A DNA stretch of 64,000 nt from positions 736,001 through 800,000 of the forward strand of contig CAXWPL010000004.1 in NCBI GenBank assembly GCA_963666215.2, in the 5' to 3' direction. Shown here piece after piece: positions 37,354 through 45,835 of this stretch (position 1 is the first letter of the stretch; the number at the start of each line of letters is the position of its first letter). This DNA is from Acidobacteriota bacterium. Lineage in GTDB: Bacteria > Acidobacteriota > UBA890 > WLXD01. The notes below the pieces were generated by a model, which was not told where the DNA came from, did no database searches, and worked only from the letters and a program-made list of their open reading frames with translations. The translations under genes were made by a program, and so were the position numbers.

Positions 37354-38196
37354 CTACGCCAGCGAGGGAGTCTCGAACGCCAGCAGATCCCCCAGCGCCC
37401 ACTCGCTGTCGGCAACCTCAGCCACCACGGCGGGAGTGGATCGCAGGCTGTCGTGGATACGGACGAAGTTGTACCAGGCAAAGTGCAGCGAAACGGCGGC
37501 TTCGAGGTTTCGTAGCGACTTCGAGAAGCCGTTCGTGAGCCTCGTGAAGCGCCTCATGCTCATACGCATCGTCAGGTTCTGTCTTTCGACGAAGCTCGTG
37601 GAGATCGCCTCCGGACACGGATCTCCGGCCATAACCTCAGTTGTGCAGCGGCTGACCCTCGGTGGTGAGTAACGTCCGAAGGATGGATTCGTGGCCGAGT
37701 AGCTTTTCGTCTGCGTGGCGTAGTCGATGCCACGGGCCGCCACGACGCCGAGAGCGGCCTTGTAGCCGGTGTAGGCGTCCGTAGTCAGCTGGAACGGTCC
37801 GTCGATCCTACGGGCCAGCTCCGAGATCATCTGATAGGCGTTGTGCCCGTTGCGCTTGCCGACGATCCAATGCGGCACCAACTTGGTTTCGGCGTCGAGC
37901 GCGACGAAGACCCATTGATCGCCATGCTTGGGATTCACGCGCTTGCCTGAGCGAATCACCGTGGCTTGCTTCTTCTTGACGTAGGTCCAGATTTCATCGA
38001 CCTGGAGATCGTCTAGGTGCAGACCGTGGAACCGTTCTCGCATCATGGCTTCGCAGCCCTCTCCGACCCGCACCAGTAAACGGCAAATGGTGTCGCGATG
38101 ACAGCCGGTCATGCGCTCGATGCTGCGGATGCTGTTGCCCTCCACCAGGGCGGAGACGATCATGCGTTTCTTCTCGGGGGCCAGTATGTTCGCCAT
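37354..38196 (-). CDS. IS1-family-like single-ORF DDE transposase (280 aa)
   Basis: N-terminal HTH (EGNSIRSIERMTGCHRDTI); DDE triad QVDEIW / TTDAY / VERQNLTMR; RRFTRLTNGFSK; YNFVRIH. Confidence 0.92.
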   Translation of the reverse strand: MANILAPEKKRMIVSALVEGNSIRSIERMTGCHRDTICRLLVRVGEGCEAMMRERFHGLHLDDLQVDEIWTYVKKKQATVIRSGKRVNPKHGDQWVFVALDAETKLVPHWIVGKRNGHNAYQMISELARRIDGPFQLTTDAYTGYKAALGVVAARGIDYATQTKSYSATNPSFGRYSPPRVSRCTTEVMAGDPCPEAISTSFVERQNLTMRMSMRRFTRLTNGFSKSLRNLEAAVSLHFAWYNFVRIHDSLRSTPAVVAEVADSEWALGDLLAFETPSLA

Positions 38197-38377
38197 CGGT
38201 CTTGCTCCGGATGGCGGGCAGGACCACAATGGCTGTGAGGGTCCGATGCGGTCTATGCCCGCGTCTTGGATCTAGCCCGGTTCGCTGTTCGTGCAGTGGG
38301 CCGGGCGCTTTTTTGGTCGTGGAGGAGGCCCCTTTCGGGGCATGGGAGGCATGGCGGACCCCGTGGTAAGATAGGCA

Positions 38378-38552
38378 AATGACCGATGTGGAAACGCATC
38401 GTTCCTCCTGTTCAGAAGCGGGAGAGCCCCGGCGGGGAATCGAACCCCTATCAACCGGTTTTCAAGGCCGGTGCCCTTTGCCATTCGGGTAACCGGGGCA
38501 ATGTGGTAAGTGGCGGCGACGAGAGGTACCAACTCTCGTCGCCGCTTTTTTT
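38378..38552 (+). ncRNA. Putative outward-facing small RNA of element B
   Basis: Extended -10 TGGTAAGAT 38364-38372, 5' hairpin CGATGT-GGAAA-CGCATCG, TTCCTCCTGTT, 13-bp terminator stem 38513-38545 + T7. Confidence 0.5.
38425..38499 (-). tRNA. tRNA-like element / pseudo-tRNA with UGA (Ser) anticodon
   Basis: Acceptor GCCCCGG/CCGGGGC, D-loop TGG, anticodon arm CCGGC-CTTGAAA-ACCGG, T-loop GGGG-TTCGATT-CCCC; short variable loop, no CCA, two stem mismatches. Confidence 0.65.
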
Positions 38553-39032
38553 CTACGCGCCGTACCTCCGTGCTACGGCCCTGTCGATTCGATACCGACC
38601 GAAGCCGATCTTTTGCACTGCATTGTTATCAACAATACCTAGTCGAGATACTTTCGCGCGCAAAGTAGAGTCGGCAAGATCCGGATTGAACGACTTCGCC
38701 TTCCTGACGATCTCAGCAGACTTCCAGATCCGCTCCGGATCGGACGCCATCGCACGCAACACTGCTTCCTCTGCTGTCGGTGCACTGCTTCCACTGACGA
38801 CTTCCATCAACCCGATCCGTGCATCCCGTGGAAATATTTCACCAAGAGAATCGAAGATTTCACTCGCAAGTTTCAACATATGATGTCGAGTTTGTTGCAC
38901 CGCATGCATTTGACCGGCAATTTTCTGCCTACGGTCGTCTAACTCTTCGAGTTCTGCCTGAAGTGTGCCCTCGTCGTCTGCAAGTTGATGAGCGTCACGG
39001 ATCAGGCGCGTTGCAGTTTCTTTGTCTAGCAT
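38553..39032 (-). CDS. Hypothetical cargo protein of element B (coiled coil + possible C-terminal winged helix)
   Basis: GGAGG RBS, ATG 39032, own promoter TTGACT-16-TATCCT (39080-39053); ends in a wing-like QKIGFGRYRI. Confidence 0.7.
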   Translation of the reverse strand: MLDKETATRLIRDAHQLADDEGTLQAELEELDDRRQKIAGQMHAVQQTRHHMLKLASEIFDSLGEIFPRDARIGLMEVVSGSSAPTAEEAVLRAMASDPERIWKSAEIVRKAKSFNPDLADSTLRAKVSRLGIVDNNAVQKIGFGRYRIDRAVARRYGA

Positions 39033-39206
39033 TTCTGTGCCCTCCGAATCGGAGGATATCACAGTCGGTAGCAAAGTCAAGAAAAAATTCAGGCACAGTT
39101 CGGCCCTCCTAGATCTGGTGTTGAGTGACAGGAAGTGGGTGAGATCGAACGTCGGGTAGTGGTCGAGCATGGGGGTTCTCAAATTAGGACACTACCCACC
39201 AGTGAC

Positions 39207-39290
39207 TTGACAAGCAATGCTTGAATTTCGTACAATCTTTAGATTGTTGCTGATGGACGCCTGTCCCGGCTTGCCGGGCGGGCTTTTTTT
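39207..39290 (+). ncRNA. Sibling sRNA unit 1: sigma70 promoter + about 50-nt RNA + intrinsic terminator
   Basis: TTGACA(39207)-18-TACAAT(39231); GATTGTTGCTG; stem GCCTGTCCCGG-CTTG-CCGGGCGGGC + T7; paralogue at 41945. Confidence 0.7.
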
Positions 39291-39464
39291 GTGCCTGCAG
39301 CGCGGTCCTCAGAGGCCCTTCTGGCCACTTCTTGCGGGCCCGACAACTCGCGGGCCCGACCGGCTCGCAACCGGCTCGGCGTCCTGCAAGACTCGCGTGA
39401 TCCTCACCTCGCAAAACGGCAACCGCCCGGACCCTGGTGTGCCGGAAAGTTCTGGAGAATCTCC

Positions 39465-41783
39465 ATGCCCCGCGTTCTCGCTCGCTCAATCCTCGCGGCC
39501 GCGATGGCACACGTGCTTGTCGCGTCGCCGGCGGCCTCGCAGACCGCCACCGTAGGATCCCAAAGCCCACCGCAGTTGACGCTCGACTCGATGTTCGTCG
39601 ATCGCGCGTGGGAGGCCGACTCCCTGAGCCCGGCGCGGTGGCTCGATGGCGACAGCTACACGACGCTCGAAGCCTCGGTGACGGTGCTCGGCTCCCGCGA
39701 TCTCGTGCGCCACGATGCCGCATCGGGCGATAGCGTGGTCCTGGTGGGGGCGCACGAGCTCCTCCCCGGCTCTGGCGACCAACCGTTGGAGGTCGAGAGC
39801 TACGACTGGTCGCCCGACGGCCGCCAGTTGCTGATCTTCACCAACTCGCGTCGCGTCTGGCGCAGCAACACGCGTGGCGACTACTGGATACTCGACACCG
39901 AGTCGCGGACGCTCGAACGGATCGGCGGCGCGGCGGGCGAGGCGACGTTGATGTTCGCCAAGTTCTCGCCCGACTCCACCCGGGTTGCGTACGTGCGGGC
40001 CAACGATCTGTACATGGAGAACCTTCGGGGCGGCGAGGCCAGTGTGATCACACGCCTCACCCACGATGGCTCCAATCTGATCGCCAACGGCACCTCCGAT
40101 TGGGTGTACGAGGAGGAGCTGGGCGTTCGTGACGGCTTCCGCTGGAGCCCCGATGGCAGCCACATCGCCTTCGGGCAGCTCAACGACTCGGGAGTGCGAG
40201 AGTTCACCCTGATCGACGACACGTCGGAGCTGTACCCGGTTCTACACAAGTTCCCCTACCCGAAGGCCGGCGAGACCAACCCGGCCGCGCGCGTCGGGGT
40301 GGTGCCGGCAGCTGGCGGCGACGTGCTCTGGGTTGACCTCCCCGGGGACACTCGCGACAACTACGTGGCGCGCATGGAATGGGCGGGCGGTCCCGACGAG
40401 CTCGTCATCCAGCAGATCGATCGCCGGCAGAACAACAACCGCGTGTTCCTGGCCGACGTGCGCACGGGTGAGGCAAGCCAGGTGCTGCTCGACACCGACG
40501 AGGCCTGGGTCGATGTCGTCAACGATTTGCGCTGGCTCGACGGGGGGCGCGCTTTCACGTTTGTGTCGGAGCGCGACGGCTGGCGACGCGTGTACCGAGT
40601 GGCGCGCGACGGCAGCTCCATCGAGCCGCTGACCCCGGCCGGCGTCGACGTGATGGGCATCGAGTTTATTGATGTTGATCCAGGTGGCGGCTGGCTGTAC
40701 TACGCCTCGACCTCCGATGCCACACAACGCTACTTGCACCGCGTGCCACTGACTGCGGACGACGAGATCGTGGCGACGGCGCTTACTCCCACTCGTCTCG
40801 GCGGCACGCATCGCTACGACATCGCACCCGGCGGTCGTTGGGCGTTCCATACATGGTCGAGCTTCGAAACGCCCCCGCAGGTAGCGCTGGTCGAGCTGCC
40901 CGATCACCGTACGGCGCGCGTCCTCGTCAACAACACTGCGCTGCGCGACCGTTTCTCCGCGCTCGAGCGGCCGCCAGCCGAGTTCTTCCGCGTTGAGGTT
41001 GAGCCCGGCGTCGAGCTCGACGCGTGGGTGATCTATCCCGACGACTTCGATCCGGCGCTCAGCTACCCGGTGCTGTTCCACGTGTACGGAGAGCCCGCCG
41101 GTCAGACGGTGCTCGACCGCTGGGGAGGCAGGAACTTGCTCTGGCACCACCTCGTGGCTCAGCGCGGCTATGTGGTCATGAGCGTCGACAATCGCGGCAC
41201 GCCATCGCCGCGCGGCCGCCAGTGGCGGAAGGTCGTTTACGGCGAGGTGGGCACCCTGGCGGCCAAAGATCAGGCCGCCGCGGTCCACAGAATTCTCCAG
41301 AATCGCCCGTACATCGATCCCACCCGAGTCGGCATCTGGGGCTGGAGCGGCGGCGGCTCGATGACCCTCAACGCCCTGTTCCGCTATCCCGATGTCTACG
41401 CCACCGGTATGTCGGTGGCGCCCGTTCCCGACCAGCGCTACTACGACACCATCTACCAGGAACTCTACATGGGAACGCCGCAGAACAACCCCGACGGCTA
41501 TCGGAACGGCTCTCCGATCACCTACGCCGACCGCCTCGAGGGCAATCTTCTCCTCGTACACGGCACCGGCGACGACAACGTCCATTATCAAGGCACCGAG
41601 GCGCTGATCAATCGGCTCGTGGAGTCCGGCAAGCCGTTCTCGATGATGACCTACCCGAACCGCACACACGCCATCCGCGAAGGCGCCGGCACCACACGGC
41701 ACCTGTACGGGCTCCTGACTCGCTATCTCATGGACAACTTGCCGGCCGGGCCGACCGCGCTCCGCGGCAAGGACCCATCTTGA
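39465..41783 (+). CDS. S9B dipeptidyl-peptidase IV family protein, secreted
   Basis: Signal peptide, DWVYEEE, YPKAGETNP, GWSGGG nucleophile motif, DDNVH, H of NRTH. Confidence 0.95.
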   Translation: MPRVLARSILAAAMAHVLVASPAASQTATVGSQSPPQLTLDSMFVDRAWEADSLSPARWLDGDSYTTLEASVTVLGSRDLVRHDAASGDSVVLVGAHELLPGSGDQPLEVESYDWSPDGRQLLIFTNSRRVWRSNTRGDYWILDTESRTLERIGGAAGEATLMFAKFSPDSTRVAYVRANDLYMENLRGGEASVITRLTHDGSNLIANGTSDWVYEEELGVRDGFRWSPDGSHIAFGQLNDSGVREFTLIDDTSELYPVLHKFPYPKAGETNPAARVGVVPAAGGDVLWVDLPGDTRDNYVARMEWAGGPDELVIQQIDRRQNNNRVFLADVRTGEASQVLLDTDEAWVDVVNDLRWLDGGRAFTFVSERDGWRRVYRVARDGSSIEPLTPAGVDVMGIEFIDVDPGGGWLYYASTSDATQRYLHRVPLTADDEIVATALTPTRLGGTHRYDIAPGGRWAFHTWSSFETPPQVALVELPDHRTARVLVNNTALRDRFSALERPPAEFFRVEVEPGVELDAWVIYPDDFDPALSYPVLFHVYGEPAGQTVLDRWGGRNLLWHHLVAQRGYVVMSVDNRGTPSPRGRQWRKVVYGEVGTLAAKDQAAAVHRILQNRPYIDPTRVGIWGWSGGGSMTLNALFRYPDVYATGMSVAPVPDQRYYDTIYQELYMGTPQNNPDGYRNGSPITYADRLEGNLLLVHGTGDDNVHYQGTEALINRLVESGKPFSMMTYPNRTHAIREGAGTTRHLYGLLTRYLMDNLPAGPTALRGKDPS

Positions 41784-41944
41784 AACCCCGGTCGTCGGCC
41801 TGTCTGTGCGGTACGAGGCCTGATAGCTGCGGGCCGTCGTGAATATCCGGCTCTTGGTCGGAAAAAACCGCGGGCCGAGACGTCTCGACTGCAAACGATA
41901 TGGTCACAAGAGCGTACAGGTGTCTTACTGAACGTTATAGTGAC

Positions 41945-42028
41945 TTGACAACAGGGGCCAGAATTTCGTACAATTTTCTGATTGCTGCTGGTTATCGCCT
42001 GTCCCGGGTCGCCGGGCGGGCTTTTTTT
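41945..42028 (+). ncRNA. Sibling sRNA unit 2: sigma70 promoter + about 50-nt RNA + intrinsic terminator
   Basis: TTGACA(41945)-18-TACAAT(41969); GATTGCTGCTG; stem GCCTGTCCCGG-GTCG-CCGGGCGGGC + T7; no credible plus-strand gene follows. Confidence 0.7.
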
Positions 42029-42326
42029 GCGTCCGATTTGAACGCCACGGCCGCCCCTGCGGCGACGGTTTGGCGACGCGTGCTCGGGGCCCCAGGGCCT
42101 CCTCTGGGGCCTGGTGCCCACGCGGAGCTCGGGGACCTCCCCTTGACTGTCTAAGGAGCGTTTGGCGACGAGCGCCGGTACCGGCGCGAGGGCGTCGCCA
42201 TCCTGGCTGGCGGGCCAACCGATCGCGGTCCGGCGTGGTGGGAACCGGTGTGGAGCGACGTGCGGCATGCGGCGCGAGGGCTGCGTCGACATCCGGTTGC
42301 CCTACTCGACCGTTGTTGGGCTCGCG

Positions 42327-44156
42327 CTACTCAACCGTGACGCTCTTGGCCAGGTTACGCGGCTGATCGACATCGCAACCGCGCTCCACCGCCACGTGGT
42401 ACGCCAGGAGCTGCAGCGGGATTGTTGTCAGCAGCGGCGTCAGCTCGGGCATGCACTCCGGGATGGTGAGGATCTCGTCGCTGCCCGCTAGCCGTTCGTC
42501 ACCCTCGGTGCTGACGGCCACGATGTAGCCGTCGCGCGCCCGCGCCTCCTGCATGTTCGAGGTTGTCTTGTTGTACAACGGCGACTGCGGGCACAACGTC
42601 ACCACGGGAACGTCGCGATCGATCAGCGCAATCGGGCCGTGCTTCATCTCGCCGGCGGGGTAGCCGTGGGCGTGGATGTAGGAGATCTCCTTGAGCTTCA
42701 AGGCTCCCTCGAGCGCGATCGGGTACAGGTAGCCGCGCCCGATGAACAGGAACTGTTTGAAATGGCTGACGCGACGCGCCACGTTGGCCACGTACTCTTC
42801 CTGCCGCAACATGTGCTCGATCTGACCCGGAATCTTCTCGAGAGCACGGATGCGCTCGGTGATTTCCTCGTCGGTCAGCGTGCGGCGCAGTGCGGCCAGC
42901 TTGAGCGCGATGAGGTAAAGACAGATGAGCTGCGTCGTGAAGGCCTTGGTCGAGGCGACCCCGATCTCGGGTCCGGCCTGTGTCATCAGCACACCGTCGG
43001 CAATGCGGGTCGCCATCGAGCCGATTACGTTGCAGATCGTCCACACGTCGGCGCCGCGTTCCTTGGCCTCGCGCATGGCTGCGAGCGTGTCTGCGGTTTC
43101 GCCCGACTGTGTGATTGCGCAGGCCACCGAATCCTTCGGAACGAGCGGGTCGCGGTAGCGGAATTCGCTGGAGTGGTCGACCTGCACGGGGAGCCGAGCA
43201 AGCTTCTCGATCCAGTACTTTCCGACGAGAGCCGCATGCCACGAGGTGCCACAGCCGAGTAGCATCAGGCTGTGCATCCGCTGCACCGCCTCTTGCTGCA
43301 GGTTCAATTCTGTCAGCTCGACACGACCGGAATGTCGATTGAGGCGCCCCACCAGGCTGTCGCGTACCGCTTCCGGCTGATGGTGGATCTCCTTGAGCAT
43401 GAAATGCTTGTAGCCGCCTTTTTCGGCGGTAACCGGATCCCACGTGATGCGCTGCGGCTTGGCTTCGACAGGCTGTCCCTTACGGTTGGTTAATGTCACG
43501 TTGTCGGGAGTGATGACCGCGACCTCTCCATCGTCGAGGAAGATTACGTCGCGCGTGTACTGCAGCACCGGAGGAACGTCGGAGGCGACGAAGTTCTCCC
43601 CTTCGCCCAGGCCGATCACGATCGGTGGTCCCAGCCGGGCGGCAACGATTTTCTGCGGCTCGTCGACCGACATGACCACCAGCGCGTAGATGCCCTGGAG
43701 CTCGGCAAGCGCCGCGCGGACCGCATCTTCCAGGTTGCCGGCGTAGAGGCTTGAAATCAGGTGAGCGACGACCTCGGTATCGGTGTCGCTGACAAACTCG
43801 CAGCCCTCGCTCTCGAGCTTCTCGCGAAGGTCGATAAAGTTCTCGATGATGCCGTTGTGCACCAGCACGATGCGGCCGGTGGAGTCGCGATGTGGGTGCG
43901 CGTTCTTTTCGGTTGGCCGGCCGTGCGTGGCCCAGCGCGTGTGGCCGATGCCGTAGTCGCCCTCGAGCGGCTTTGCATCGAGCTGGCCCACCAAGTTGCC
44001 GAGCTTGCCCGCGGCGCGTCGAATGGCCACGCGGCCGTTGCGGCCGGCGAGCGCAACGCCGGCGGAATCGTAGCCACGGTACTCGAGCCTTCTGAGCCCG
44101 TCGATCAGAATTGGGAGAGTTTCTCGCTCACCGACATAGCCGACGATTCCACACAT
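42327..44156 (-). CDS. glmS: Glutamine-fructose-6-phosphate aminotransferase
   Basis: MCGIVG, LEYRGYDSAG, GHTRWATHG, QSGETADT, DQPRNLAKSVTVE. Confidence 0.99.
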   Translation of the reverse strand: MCGIVGYVGERETLPILIDGLRRLEYRGYDSAGVALAGRNGRVAIRRAAGKLGNLVGQLDAKPLEGDYGIGHTRWATHGRPTEKNAHPHRDSTGRIVLVHNGIIENFIDLREKLESEGCEFVSDTDTEVVAHLISSLYAGNLEDAVRAALAELQGIYALVVMSVDEPQKIVAARLGPPIVIGLGEGENFVASDVPPVLQYTRDVIFLDDGEVAVITPDNVTLTNRKGQPVEAKPQRITWDPVTAEKGGYKHFMLKEIHHQPEAVRDSLVGRLNRHSGRVELTELNLQQEAVQRMHSLMLLGCGTSWHAALVGKYWIEKLARLPVQVDHSSEFRYRDPLVPKDSVACAITQSGETADTLAAMREAKERGADVWTICNVIGSMATRIADGVLMTQAGPEIGVASTKAFTTQLICLYLIALKLAALRRTLTDEEITERIRALEKIPGQIEHMLRQEEYVANVARRVSHFKQFLFIGRGYLYPIALEGALKLKEISYIHAHGYPAGEMKHGPIALIDRDVPVVTLCPQSPLYNKTTSNMQEARARDGYIVAVSTEGDERLAGSDEILTIPECMPELTPLLTTIPLQLLAYHVAVERGCDVDQPRNLAKSVTVE

Positions 44157-44276
44157 GGGTCAGGGTCCGGATCCTCTGTAGAGGATCACTCGAAGAAGGA
44201 AAAACCGAGGCGTTGGCTCCATGAAATGACATCGAGTCTCTGCCGAGCAAGCAGAAACGTCGGTGGCTGACTCTCT

Positions 44277-45710
44277 TCAGTCGGCCTCGCGGGCTTTCTT
44301 GGCTTTCGGCGAGTGCTTCGACGTCCAATCCTCCTTGATGACTTGCCTACTGCGCGCCACGGCCAGTCCATCGGCGGGAACGTCTTTGGTGATGGTCGAA
44401 CCGGCGCCGATGGTTGCGCCGCGGCCCACGCGAACCGGCGCGACGATCGCGGTGTTCGACCCAACGAACACGCCGTCCTCGAGAACGGTGGTGTGCTTGT
44501 TCGCGCCGTCGTAGTTGCAGGTAATCGTTCCGGCGCCGATGTTCACCCCGGCACCGATCTCGGCATCGCCCAGGTAAGTAAGGTGATTAGCCTTGCTGCC
44601 GCGCCCGAGCCGCGATTTCTTGATCTCGACAAAGTTGCCCACTCGAGCGTCCTCGCAGATGTGGGCCTCGGGCCGCAGCCGAGCGTAGGGGCCGAGCGTG
44701 GCCCCGTCTTCGACCACAGCGTCCTCGATGACGGTACCGTCGTACATCGTGACGTTGCTACCAATCCGACTTCGGGCAACACGGACGTTGGGGTACAGCA
44801 CGCAGTCCTCGCCCACCGATGTTCCGGCCTCGAGCACCACACCGGGATAAAGAATCGTGTCGGCGCCGACTTCGACATCCACGTCGACGCTGGTGGAGCT
44901 CGGATCGCGCAGCGTCACGCCTGCGAGCATCAGCTCCTCGGCCTTGCGCGAGCGCAACAGCTCCTCGGCACGCGCCAGCTCCGCCCGCGTGTTGACGCCG
45001 TCGATCTCCGCCAGGTCGTGATGCCGACAGAGCCCTACGCGACCACCCTGGTTGCGGATCACCTCGAGCGTGTCGGTGAGGTAAAGCTCGCCCTGCGAAT
45101 TGTCGGGGCGTAGCTCCTGAAGGGCGCGTTCGAGCACACCCGAGACGAACAGATAGATGCCGCCATTCACCTCGGGAATCGCCAGTTGCTCCGCGTCGCA
45201 GTCAGCCGCCTCCACAATGCGCAGCAGGGTCCCGTCGGTGTCACGAACCATACGACCGTACGGGCTCGTCGCGGATTCCCCGTTGACGTGGGCCACCAGG
45301 CCGCTCAGAAAAACGGCCCCCGTCGCGTCCCCCGACGCCTGCTCCGCGGCTATCGCCTCGAGCGTTTCGGACCGCAGACCAGGACAATCGCCGTTGATGA
45401 CAAGCACGAGATCGTTGTCCCCGCGTGCACCGCTGGCTCGCAGCCCAACCTGCGCCGCGTCGCCCGTGCCGCTCGGGGGGTCCTGCACCGCGAGCTCAAC
45501 GGGGTAGCCATCGAGAGCCGAACGGTGTCGGTCGTGTTCGGCCGGGACAACCACGACAATCGAGGCCGGGTTCAGACGCCGCGCCGCTTCGATGACGTGG
45601 CCCACCATCGGTCGTCCGGCGACGGTGTGCAGTACCTTCGGCAGGCGACTGAGCATGCGGGTTCCATCGCCTGCGGCAAGAATCACGACGTGCATCGATG
45701 GCTGCGGCAC
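44277..45710 (-). CDS. glmU: Bifunctional UDP-GlcNAc pyrophosphorylase/acetyltransferase
   Basis: ILAAGDGTRM, ELYLTD, GNFVEIK, HLTYLGDA, TCNYDG. Confidence 0.97.
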   Translation of the reverse strand: MPQPSMHVVILAAGDGTRMLSRLPKVLHTVAGRPMVGHVIEAARRLNPASIVVVVPAEHDRHRSALDGYPVELAVQDPPSGTGDAAQVGLRASGARGDNDLVLVINGDCPGLRSETLEAIAAEQASGDATGAVFLSGLVAHVNGESATSPYGRMVRDTDGTLLRIVEAADCDAEQLAIPEVNGGIYLFVSGVLERALQELRPDNSQGELYLTDTLEVIRNQGGRVGLCRHHDLAEIDGVNTRAELARAEELLRSRKAEELMLAGVTLRDPSSTSVDVDVEVGADTILYPGVVLEAGTSVGEDCVLYPNVRVARSRIGSNVTMYDGTVIEDAVVEDGATLGPYARLRPEAHICEDARVGNFVEIKKSRLGRGSKANHLTYLGDAEIGAGVNIGAGTITCNYDGANKHTTVLEDGVFVGSNTAIVAPVRVGRGATIGAGSTITKDVPADGLAVARSRQVIKEDWTSKHSPKAKKAREAD

Positions 45711-45835
45711 GCTGTCTCCTCTAGCCCGCCCTACGTATTGTTGCTGGCCGCCCTGCGGCCGGAAGCGTCGCTCGTGCGGCCACGTCGCCAGCGACCGCTA
45801 GTCCTTCGACGAGCGAACGAGCCAGCGAACTGGGG

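Larger units (their letters stand above)
37292..39196 (-). mobile_element. Cargo-carrying IS1-like element B (1905 bp), transposase intact
   Basis: TIRs GGTAGTGTCCTAGTTTGA (37292-37309) and TCAAATTAGGACACTACC (39179-39196), 17/18 match; flanked by CACCAGTG at 37284-37291 and 39197-39204. Confidence 0.92.

Noticed and set aside
38302-38320. IS1/IS3-style programmed -1 frameshift at A6G in the element B leader
   Set aside because: The run is not in X-XXY-YYZ phase for the leader ORF, a TAG blocks the shifted frame, and element A lacks the run.
38425-38499. tRNA as integration site (att) of a prophage or island
   Set aside because: It lies inside the IS TIRs, with no duplicated 3' end and no integrase in the window.
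35412-38552. RNA-guided targeting by the IS-encoded small RNAs
   Set aside because: No convincing match by eye between the variable RNA segments and the reconstructed target GGATGGCCACCAGTGACTTG; left as an untested possibility only.
40242-41894. Long antisense ORFs (e.g. 40242-41894, 3913-5595, 11955-13466)
   Set aside because: Shadow frames of high-GC genes with no recognisable motifs.
44157-44276. Possible glmS ribozyme upstream of glmS
   Set aside because: Only 120 bp between glmU and glmS, with no recognisable ribozyme core sequence.
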